A program made the translations under genes and the position numbers. A stretch of DNA of 42,681 bases from Bdellovibrionales bacterium RIFOXYD1_FULL_55_31 (GTDB lineage Bacteria; Bdellovibrionota; UBA1018): assembly GCA_001770175.1 (NCBI GenBank), contig MEQK01000052.1, forward strand, positions 1-42,681, given 5' to 3'. The first letter of the stretch is position 1. Each line of letters starts with the position of its first letter. The notes below the pieces were generated by a model. It had not been told where the DNA came from. It searched no databases and was given only the letters and a program-made list of their open reading frames with translations. Positions 35,424-42,681 of this stretch are shown here, in pieces.

Positions 35424-36989
35424 ATGCTGATCACTCAACAACTTGCGTCAATAGCCAATAAAAATCTCATCCGCCCGGCGATTCGCTACCTTGGTAAAGA
35501 GATGAACTACGGCGAGCTGCGCACCGCGATTGCCCGGCTCAGTTACCTTTATCAAAACGAAATCGGCCAGAATGGCAGAGTTGCTTTCATCACCCGTAAC
35601 TCTCCTGCCACGATCATCACCTTTTTCGCGCTGACAAATACCCGATCCGTGATTATCCCGATTGATCCGGACCGGTCGCCGGAAGAAATCATCGCTTGGC
35701 TGAAGGATTCGAAAGCAACCCACGTCGCGGTGACCAACGATCTGATCAACCAGACCCGGGAGATCCTTCTCTCCGCGCGCATGTCGCTCCCGATCGTCGA
35801 AATCGAGAAGAAACACGGAGGCGAGTACGACACTTCGTTCACCGCCTCAACCGAACACCAGCCGCTCGAAACGGATACCGTTCTTCTACTCAGAACAGCT
35901 GGTTTAACGGGAAAGCCACATCTTGCGGCCTTCACCCACAAGCAACTCAATCATGCGACGACCTGCTTGCGTAGTCTTTACCACGTGAACCTGTCGGATC
36001 GGTTCATGACCAAGCTCAATTGGGCGCACCCGTTCGCATTTTTACACGGGATGCTTTTCCCCCTCATGTCGGGGGCGACCTGCGTGATCGACCACGGTCT
36101 CGACACCACCGCACTTCTTCAATTCTTCATAGAATCGAGGGTCAATCGTCTCCTCGGTAACCCGCTTTTTTTTCACAAACTCCTGGTCACCTGCCGCAAC
36201 GAGAACCGCCTGCTGACGGGGATAAAATCCATCACGGTCGCGGGCGGTCTGTTACCGCGCGAAGAAGCGAGAATTTACGAACGGATGAGATGCGCGGTCA
36301 CGCACTGCTACGGCCAGACCGAGAATCTGTGGACCATCTCGATGCAGGACACCGCACGCGAGGAGCCCACTCACCAAAAGGGGAAAGAACAAGTCGTGAC
36401 ACTTGACGACGACTACGGTGCTCAGAAGCCCCTGCCGGGCATGAAATACAAAGTCCTCGACGCCAACGGCGACCTCATTGAGGGGAACGACCTCCGCACC
36501 GGGTATCTCGCCGTCATGGGTCCGACGGTGATGTCCGGTTATCAGAGTTCCGAAAAAGGCATTGAGAAGGAGACAAAGAGCAAAATCCGCGGAACATGGC
36601 TTTACACCGGTGATGTCGCACGGCTCGAGGGTGACGGTGAGGAGCTCAAGATCACTATCATTGGAAGAAAAGACGATCTTCTCCAGGCCGGAAACGAATA
36701 CATCTCGATGGACGAAGTCACAGACGCGCTCAAACGTGTTCACGGCGTCGAAGATGCCGCCGCTTTTGTAGTCAAACGGGTTAAAGGTGATTTCGTGATA
36801 GCCGGAGCCGTCGTCAAAGCGACTGGCGGTTCGCTGAATGAAAAACAGATTATCGAATCCTGCGCCAAAAACCTCTACCCCGAGCAGGTCCCGAAAGTGA
36901 TTGTTTTCACCGATTTCATTCCCCGGGATTTCGGCGGTAATCCGCACTACGGAAGATTGAGCGCCCAATTCGAGGGCGTGGCGGGCTAA
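35424..36989 (+). CDS. AMP-dependent synthetase/ligase (adenylate-forming, ANL superfamily) with divergent core motifs
   Basis: '[16 protein letters not shown]' is a degenerate A3 P-loop that lacks the usual T[SG]G[ST]TGxPKG. 'HCYGQTEN' is the A5 YGxTE. '[25 protein letters not shown]' is the A7/A8 GD…GR.KD. Confidence 0.7.
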   Translation: MLITQQLASIANKNLIRPAIRYLGKEMNYGELRTAIARLSYLYQNEIGQNGRVAFITRNSPATIITFFALTNTRSVIIPIDPDRSPEEIIAWLKDSKATHVAVTNDLINQTREILLSARMSLPIVEIEKKHGGEYDTSFTASTEHQPLETDTVLLLRTAGLTGKPHLAAFTHKQLNHATTCLRSLYHVNLSDRFMTKLNWAHPFAFLHGMLFPLMSGATCVIDHGLDTTALLQFFIESRVNRLLGNPLFFHKLLVTCRNENRLLTGIKSITVAGGLLPREEARIYERMRCAVTHCYGQTENLWTISMQDTAREEPTHQKGKEQVVTLDDDYGAQKPLPGMKYKVLDANGDLIEGNDLRTGYLAVMGPTVMSGYQSSEKGIEKETKSKIRGTWLYTGDVARLEGDGEELKITIIGRKDDLLQAGNEYISMDEVTDALKRVHGVEDAAAFVVKRVKGDFVIAGAVVKATGGSLNEKQIIESCAKNLYPEQVPKVIVFTDFIPRDFGGNPHYGRLSAQFEGVAG

Positions 36990-39094
36990 GCAGCGTTGGC
37001 CCGTGCTACCGCCTTTAGTTTCGTCGCGATTTCCCTCGCCGCCGTCGCCGTCTCCGTTACGGGTACACCACAGACCTGACGATGACAGACGACATATTTC
37101 GAGAGGTCCGCCTCAGAGAACATCGGCTGAACGGGCTTTCGAAATACGTGCGGGTGGCGGCAAAGTTCAGCGGCATTCCTGCCGCTCACGAGTACCGGCC
37201 CCAGCACCTCGAGAAGCGAACAGGAAAGAACTTCGGAGGCACTCAGCGGATTGAGCGCCGCAAACGGAAATAGAACCGACAGTCGGGTTCGAACCTCGTT
37301 TTCGAAAGGGAATCGCACCGAATCAAACTCACTGAGTGCCCGCATGGCGGTAAGCGCGACCGCCGTTCCCGACGGCGTGGCATGGTCAAAGAGCATCTTT
37401 GGACGTTCAAAGAGCGTTTCGTGATCGTCACTCGTGAAATAGAACGTACCGGGGGTTTCGCCACCTTCACCGCGGAAATGCCGAGTGATCGTCGATAGCC
37501 ACCGGCCGGACCAATTCAAATATCCGGTCGCATCCGATTCCGGAACGTCACTCCTGGACAGATCCAAAGCTGCCATGGCCATAAAGGCATAATCATCAAG
37601 ATAGGCGTTCAGCTTCGGGACGCCCCCTTGGTAGGAGCTATAAAGCCGGTCCTCACCATGGACGAGCCTTTCCGAGATAAAACGGAACGCGCTCTGAGCC
37701 GCAAGAAGCGCCTCGGCCGCCGCTTCATCGCGCCTTTCGAAAGCAAGCGCTTTCGAGGCCCAGACCAGACCCGAAATAGCCAGTCCATTCCAGGCGGCCA
37801 GAATCTTTCGATCGGTACCGGGGCGCGCGCGCTTCTCACGGGACTCCAGCAGACGCGCCCGAGCGCCTGATACCAGCTCCCTCATTTGGACTTCGTCGAT
37901 ACTGAACTCGGGTGCCAATTCACGCGCGACCTGATCCAAAGAACGTGAAACCCGCAGCACATTGCCGCCTTCGAAATTTCCCTGCTCCGTGATTCCATAA
38001 CGCGAACAGAAAACCCTGAACTGCAGTTCCGTCAAAGCTCCGGCTTTCACGAGCTCGGAAAGTTCGTCTTTGCGCCAAACGTAGAGATTTGATTCTCCGG
38101 CTGCATCCGCGTCCTGAGCGCTGTAAAAACCGCCGTCAGGGTCGCGCATTTCGCGAAGCAGGTATCGAACCGTCTCTTCCAGAACCTCTCGAAACCGCAA
38201 TCGATCGTCGGATCCGACATTCGGGGTAAGCAGGACCTCCGAATACAATCGGATCAAAAGAGCGCTGTCGTAGAGCATTTTTTCAAAATGGGGAACATTC
38301 CAGCTCTCGTCCACGGAGTAACGGTGAAAGCCTCCTCCGAGCTGGTCGTAGAGCCCGGAATCCGCTATGTTGCGAAGCAGGACCCGTGTCGCTTCTCGCG
38401 AAGGCTCGGAGTCGGCCGCGAGCCCGAATCTCCACAGAAATGAAAATATCGGGGTGTTGGGGAATTTCGGCGCTCCGTCAACACCACCCTTTTCAAAATC
38501 AACGTAGCCGAGAACCGCTTCCGCAGCTTCATTCAGGGAAACCATGGTGGACTGGGATAAGGGCTCCATGGACATGGATTGATTGAGATCAAGGTCCTGG
38601 AGAGATCTGATCATACCGGTCAATCTCGATTCACTCTGCTCCACCCCGGCCGGATCGTCACGATACGCTTCGGACAACGCATTCAGAATCCGCGCGAACC
38701 CAGGTCTTCCATACCGGTCATGAGGCGGAAAGTAAGTCCCGCCGAAGAACGGCTTGCGATCCGGAGTCAGAAAAACCGTCAGCGGCCAGCCTCCAGAGCG
38801 CGTCATGGCCTGCGCGACCGGTTGATACAGCTGATCCAGGTCCGGACGCTCTTCCCGGTCGACTTTGACGTTTATGAATTTTTCATTCATGATCGCGGCG
38901 ATTTCCGCGTCCTCGAAGCTCTCATGCTGCATCACATGGCACCAATGGCAAGCTGAGTACCCGATACTGAGCAAAACCGGCTTTCGTTCGTCTGTAGCCC
39001 GCCGAAACGCCTCGTCAGACCAGGGATACCAGTCGACGGGATTATCTTTGTGTTGCTGGAGGTATGGACTCGTTTCCTTGGCCAGTCGATTCAT
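36986..39094 (-). CDS. Thioredoxin-domain protein of the YyaL/DUF255 family (SPATA20-like): N-terminal thioredoxin-like domain fused to an N-acylglucosamine-2-epimerase-like (alpha/alpha)6 barrel
   Basis: '[55 protein letters not shown]' is the DUF255 signature with CHWCH. The ~700-aa length matches the family. Confidence 0.82.
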   Translation of the reverse strand: MNRLAKETSPYLQQHKDNPVDWYPWSDEAFRRATDERKPVLLSIGYSACHWCHVMQHESFEDAEIAAIMNEKFINVKVDREERPDLDQLYQPVAQAMTRSGGWPLTVFLTPDRKPFFGGTYFPPHDRYGRPGFARILNALSEAYRDDPAGVEQSESRLTGMIRSLQDLDLNQSMSMEPLSQSTMVSLNEAAEAVLGYVDFEKGGVDGAPKFPNTPIFSFLWRFGLAADSEPSREATRVLLRNIADSGLYDQLGGGFHRYSVDESWNVPHFEKMLYDSALLIRLYSEVLLTPNVGSDDRLRFREVLEETVRYLLREMRDPDGGFYSAQDADAAGESNLYVWRKDELSELVKAGALTELQFRVFCSRYGITEQGNFEGGNVLRVSRSLDQVARELAPEFSIDEVQMRELVSGARARLLESREKRARPGTDRKILAAWNGLAISGLVWASKALAFERRDEAAAEALLAAQSAFRFISERLVHGEDRLYSSYQGGVPKLNAYLDDYAFMAMAALDLSRSDVPESDATGYLNWSGRWLSTITRHFRGEGGETPGTFYFTSDDHETLFERPKMLFDHATPSGTAVALTAMRALSEFDSVRFPFENEVRTRLSVLFPFAALNPLSASEVLSCSLLEVLGPVLVSGRNAAELCRHPHVFRKPVQPMFSEADLSKYVVCHRQVCGVPVTETATAAREIATKLKAVARANAA

Positions 39095-39159
39095 GCGAAG
39101 GACGCTGCAAGTCCGGTGCGTGCGAACACGCGCGCGCTCAAGAAGTGAACAACCCGGCT

Positions 39160-41310
39160 TTAAAGGCCGAGTGCGAGGATTTTTAAACGCCTGATCCGAT
39201 CCCGAATTGCGGCAGCCTCTTCAAAATGCATCTCCTTGGCGGCCTGACGCATGTCAGCGTCCATTTTCTTGATGGTCTGAGGAATCGTCTCGAGGGAGAC
39301 GAAATACTCGCCTGCGGCGTCTCGAACCTGAGCGACGCGTTCCGACGCATCCACCAGGTCAAGCTGCGCGATGGCCACTTCGGGTTCCGCGGCGCTCCAG
39401 AGACTCTTTCCATGACCGGAGCCAGCGCCCGTGCGCAGCGCTCGTTTGGCCAGCACTGACTTGTCGCGACCGTCTCGTTCATCCTCGTACGCGCCGTCAC
39501 GCGCAACCATCGGAGCCGCGATCGCTTTTTGAATCGTCTTGGGTGTGATCCCGTGTTCTCGGTTGTACTCTTCCTGAAGCGCCCGCCGTCTGGCGGTTTC
39601 GCTGATCGCCTTCTGCATCGCATCGGTCATTTTTTCCGCATAAAGAATGACGCATCCCTCGGCATTTCTAGCGGCGCGACCAATCGTCTGGATCAACGAG
39701 CGATGACTTCGCAGGAACCCCTCCTTGTCGGCATCCAGTATGGCGACAAGCGAAACTTCGGGAAGGTCCAGTCCCTCTCTCAGCAGATTGATCCCGATCA
39801 GGACGTCGAAGCTCCCGAGCCGCAGGTCCCGAAGGATCTCGATACGCTCGAGGGTGTCGATATCGGAATGCAGATATTTCACCCGCACTCCCTGCTCCTG
39901 ATAGTAGCGTGTCAGATCCTCCGCAAGCCGCTTCGTCAGCGTCGTTACGAGAACGCGTTCATTGCGCTCCGCGCGTTTCCGGATTTCTGAAAGAAGATCG
40001 TCCACCTGAGTCGACGCACGCCGCGTCTCGACCTTGGGATCAAGCAGGCCGGTGGGCCGAATCACCTGTTCCACGAATTCCCCCTCGGTCAGCTTGAGTT
40101 CGTAATCTCCGGGCGTTGCCGAAACAAAAAGCACGTGGTCGACACGTTTTTCCCATTCCTGAAAATTCAACGGGCGATTGTCGAGCGCTGAAGGCAGCCT
40201 GAACCCGAAATCGACCAGAGTCCCTTTTCGGGCGCGATCGCCCCGGTACATTCCCCCGATCTGAGGAACGGTCACATGGCTTTCGTCGACGATAAGAAGC
40301 CACTCTTTTGGAAAATAGTCCATAAGAGTCGGCGGAGCCTCCCCGGCCGACCGGCCAGTCAAATGGCGGGAGTAATTCTCGATACCCTGACAGAACCCGA
40401 GTTCCTCCATCATTTCCAAATCAAACAAAGTGCGTTGCGAGAGGCGCTGAGCCTCCACCAGCTTGCCCAGCGATTGCAGCTCCTGGAGCCTCACTTGAAG
40501 TTCCGCGCGAATCGATTCAATCGCCCGTTTGCGGTTCTCAGCCGTGGTCACATAATGGCTTCCCGGATAGATCGTCACGCGCGGGATCTTCTGGATGCGA
40601 ACTCCTCGAAGCGGATCGACTTCCGATATCGACTCGATCTCATCGCCGAAAAACTCCACCCGTATTGCCCGCTCTTCCTCATAAGCCGGGAATATCTCGA
40701 CGACATCCCCCCTGACCCTGAACGTCCCGCGATGAAAATCGACGTCGTTCCGGCGATACTGGATTTCGACCAGCTTCTTGAGCATGTCCTGCCGTTTCAT
40801 CTCGCGGCCCGTCTCGAGGTAGAGAAGCATACCCTCGTAAGCCTCGGGCGAGCCCAATCCGTAAATGCATGAAATCGAGGAAACGATGATCACGTCACTG
40901 CGCTCGAGAAGTGACCGGGTGGCGGAATGCCTGAGCTTGTCAATTTCATCGTTGATTTGCGCGTCTTTTTCGATATAGGTGTCGGTCTGCGGGATATAGG
41001 CTTCCGGCTGGTAATAATCGTAATAGCTCACGAAATATTCCACGGCATTATTAGGGAAGAACTCGCGAAACTCAGAAAACAACTGCGCGGCGAGCGTCTT
41101 GTTGTGACTCAGGACGAGAGTGGGCATGTTGATCTGGGCGATGACGTTCGCCATCGTGAAAGTCTTGCCTGAGCCGGTCACTCCGAGCAGAACTTGCATT
41201 CGCTTCTTCGCCTCGATACTCGCGACAAGCCGCTCGATGGCGGCCGGCTGATCCCCGGTCGGCCTGAAAGGCGTGTTCAATTCGAATTTCCGTTTGGAAA
41301 AAATCGCCAT
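39160..41310 (-). CDS. uvrB: Excinuclease ABC subunit B, with a ~50-aa Gly/Arg/Asp-rich insertion before the C-terminal UvrC-binding helix
   Basis: '[17 protein letters not shown]' (Walker A), 'VSATPGDYE', beta-hairpin region '[12 protein letters not shown]', C-terminal '[18 protein letters not shown]'. The insert '[42 protein letters not shown]' is not in canonical UvrB. Confidence 0.93.
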   Translation of the reverse strand: MAIFSKRKFELNTPFRPTGDQPAAIERLVASIEAKKRMQVLLGVTGSGKTFTMANVIAQINMPTLVLSHNKTLAAQLFSEFREFFPNNAVEYFVSYYDYYQPEAYIPQTDTYIEKDAQINDEIDKLRHSATRSLLERSDVIIVSSISCIYGLGSPEAYEGMLLYLETGREMKRQDMLKKLVEIQYRRNDVDFHRGTFRVRGDVVEIFPAYEEERAIRVEFFGDEIESISEVDPLRGVRIQKIPRVTIYPGSHYVTTAENRKRAIESIRAELQVRLQELQSLGKLVEAQRLSQRTLFDLEMMEELGFCQGIENYSRHLTGRSAGEAPPTLMDYFPKEWLLIVDESHVTVPQIGGMYRGDRARKGTLVDFGFRLPSALDNRPLNFQEWEKRVDHVLFVSATPGDYELKLTEGEFVEQVIRPTGLLDPKVETRRASTQVDDLLSEIRKRAERNERVLVTTLTKRLAEDLTRYYQEQGVRVKYLHSDIDTLERIEILRDLRLGSFDVLIGINLLREGLDLPEVSLVAILDADKEGFLRSHRSLIQTIGRAARNAEGCVILYAEKMTDAMQKAISETARRRALQEEYNREHGITPKTIQKAIAAPMVARDGAYEDERDGRDKSVLAKRALRTGAGSGHGKSLWSAAEPEVAIAQLDLVDASERVAQVRDAAGEYFVSLETIPQTIKKMDADMRQAAKEMHFEEAAAIRDRIRRLKILALGL

Positions 41311-41345
41311 GCCGGTCCCAGTCTAACACATCTTTCATCGAAACT

Positions 41346-41395
41346 TGATGGGGGGGAAAACTTGCTCAGGGGAAACTGATGGGGGCGAAACTGAT
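41346..41395 (-). promoter_or_regulatory. Four iterated copies of a CA(A)GTTTC(G/C)CCCC-like motif at ~14-15-bp spacing upstream of uvrB (minus strand); candidate operator or promoter array
   Basis: Read on the minus strand: atCAGTTTCGCCCCC / atCAGTTTCCCCTG / gCAAGTTTTCCCCCCC / atCAAGTTTCGATG. These lie between the uvrB ATG (41310) and the upstream Zn-ribbon gene. Confidence 0.35.
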
Positions 41396-41728
41396 TTAAG
41401 GCCGCCAGTTCGTGTATGAATCATCAGGCTTGAAGAGCTTTTTTAAGATCCTCTGGAAGAAACCGTTGGACCGCTTGCTCCTCAGGATGCCTTCCAGTTC
41501 ATTATGATCGAGATAAATGCCCAGGCAGCTCGGACAACGCTCGACGCTGATCCCGCTGAAGTCGACCGTCTGCATCTCGTAACCGCACTTGGGACACCTC
41601 ATCCAGTTGGGCGGCCTGATCTCGCGACGCTGCCTGCTTTCGATTTCGCGGCGCCTTCTTTCGATGAGTTCGCGATTTTCTCGCTCAAAATAGGCTTCTT
41701 CGAGTTCATGAATTTTCGGACGGGGCAT
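41396..41728 (-). CDS. Zn-ribbon protein (zf-TFIIB-like 'CPxCG…CxxCxGxxLDxxEL') with an Arg/Glu-rich N-terminal helix
   Basis: 'ERENRELIERRRREIESRQRREIRPPNWMRCPKCGYEMQTVDFSGISVERCPSCLGIYLDHNELEGIL'. Confidence 0.5.
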   Translation of the reverse strand: MPRPKIHELEEAYFERENRELIERRRREIESRQRREIRPPNWMRCPKCGYEMQTVDFSGISVERCPSCLGIYLDHNELEGILRSKRSNGFFQRILKKLFKPDDSYTNWRP

Positions 41729-41757
41729 GCCTGAAACAGATGCAAAATACGGAGAAC

Positions 41758-42681
41758 CTATTTATACGACCAGGTTGTCCCCGACGGCCCATCCTTGAGC
41801 GCTACGCCGCGCGCATCTAAGTCCTCGCGGATCAGGTCGGCTGCAGCGAAATCCTTGCGTTTGCGCGCATCGAGCCGCGCGCCGATCAGTCCCAGTATCT
41901 CCTCTTCGGACGGCCGCGCGCCTCCGCCGGCAACCGGCCGGGACGCGCGAATCCGCTCGAGTTCACGGATGACCAGCCGCGGTTCCCCGAGAGCGACGCC
42001 GAGAATGCCCCCGATATCCTGCTCCATGAGCCGGATCAGTTCGCCAGCGCCCTTCTTCGAAGACATGGAAACAGGTTCTTGCTTCGTCTGCGCCTGAATC
42101 CTGTTGAACTCGCGAATCAGCGAAAACAAAGCCGCCAACCCCCCCGCCGAGTTGAAGTCGTTCGCGAAACAATCGTCTATCGTTTTCCGGGCCTGTTCGC
42201 AGCCTTCGAGAAATCTCAACCACTCCGGATCATTCGGCGCCTGCTCCGCGCAGGATGTGTTTTCGGAAATTTCGAGGGCCCTGGCCTTGGCTTCATAGAT
42301 TCTTTGAAGAGAGACGAGGGTCTGCTCAATGGTATCGTCCGAAAAATCAATCAAGGAACGGTAGTGCACTGAAAGCAGCAGGTAACGGGCGAACTCACCA
42401 AAAAACTGCGTCAGGAATTCGCGCGCCGTGAACACGTTCCCGAGGCTCTTGGACATTTTTTCTTTCGAGAGAGTCAGAAAGGCGTGATGGAGCCAGTACC
42501 GGACAAAAGGTGATTTTCCAGATGCACCTTCGCTCTGTGCAATCTCGTTCTCATGATGCGGAAAGACCAGATCCTCCCCTCCATGATGAACATCGATCTG
42601 ATCACCGAGCCACTTGCTCGACATCGCTGAACACTCGATGTGCCACCCAGGCCTGCCTTTTCCCCATGGACTGTCCCAAAA
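41758..42681 (-). CDS. cysS: Cysteinyl-tRNA synthetase, C-terminal ~300 aa; the gene continues beyond the window end
   Basis: The frame is open to the window edge ('FWDSPWGKGRPGWHIECSAMSSKW…'). 'IDVHHGGEDLVFPHHENEIAQSE' and the class-I 'KMSKSLGN' motif are present. The M at 42624 in the ORF track is internal. Confidence 0.88.
   Translation of the reverse strand, partial: FWDSPWGKGRPGWHIECSAMSSKWLGDQIDVHHGGEDLVFPHHENEIAQSEGASGKSPFVRYWLHHAFLTLSKEKMSKSLGNVFTAREFLTQFFGEFARYLLLSVHYRSLIDFSDDTIEQTLVSLQRIYEAKARALEISENTSCAEQAPNDPEWLRFLEGCEQARKTIDDCFANDFNSAGGLAALFSLIREFNRIQAQTKQEPVSMSSKKGAGELIRLMEQDIGGILGVALGEPRLVIRELERIRASRPVAGGGARPSEEEILGLIGARLDARKRKDFAAADLIREDLDARGVALKDGPSGTTWSYK

Noticed and set aside
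37270-37300. tRNA T-loop-like string GGGTTCGAACC
   Set aside because: It sits inside the YyaL-family CDS. There is no acceptor or anticodon stem pairing around it. No tRNA gene is supported anywhere in the window.
1-42681. Searched for CRISPR repeats, IS/transposase or integrase genes, prophage modules, rRNA/tRNA and toxin-antitoxin pairs
   Set aside because: I found no regularly spaced direct repeats, no recombinase or transposase motifs (DDE, tyrosine or serine recombinase signatures) and no structural-RNA hallmarks. The two tandem DUF1566 genes are paralogues, not mobile-element repeats.

Overview
This 42.7-kb window looks like a core-chromosome segment from a moderately GC-rich Gram-negative bacterium. 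GC content was judged by eye, not computed. Coding density is high, with many 1–4-nt start/stop overlaps, and I found no mobile elements, CRISPR arrays, tRNA or rRNA genes. The centre is a classic housekeeping block: yceD(DUF177)-rpmF-plsX-fabH-fabD-fabG-acpP-fabF-rpiB-glyA-nrdR-nusB. The flanks carry DNA-repair and tRNA-related genes (uvrC, uvrB, UDG family 4, queA, the 3' part of cysS) and envelope genes (S41 tail-specific protease, HtrA, SpoIID/LytB, an SPFH/band-7 protein, a NagA-like deacetylase). This gene order is typical of deltaproteobacteria-type genomes (Desulfuromonadales, Bdellovibrionota or Myxococcota-like); that placement is an inference. Five accessory-looking islands of unrecognised genes interrupt the housekeeping context. 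(i) An operon of three exported proteins of unknown function followed by htrA and one more unknown gene (2446-7507). (ii) A histone-H1-like Lys/Ala-rich protein fused to a putative Zn-binding segment and an acidic tail (7504-8295). (iii) Four consecutive, mutually overlapping hypothetical ORFs after nusB (19001-21154). (iv) Two tandem paralogous surface proteins with a DUF1566/Lcl-C-terminal-like domain ('TGLLWSS…WRLPT…VRCVGR') and a novel internal ~70-aa 'GYYDG…FGVxGTG' repeat (21166-24818), driven by a near-consensus sigma70 promoter whose -35 lies inside a perfect 17-bp palindrome. (v) A 933-aa lipoprotein adhesin built from Ig-like (Big) domains plus an FG-GAP beta-propeller, behind an unusually AT-rich promoter. 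An iterated CAGTTTC(G/C)CCCC motif sits upstream of uvrB. Three small Zn-ribbon proteins are scattered through the window. An atypical adenylate-forming enzyme sits next to a lipoprotein and one of those Zn-ribbon genes. All functional calls rest on motifs read directly from the translations. No database search was run.
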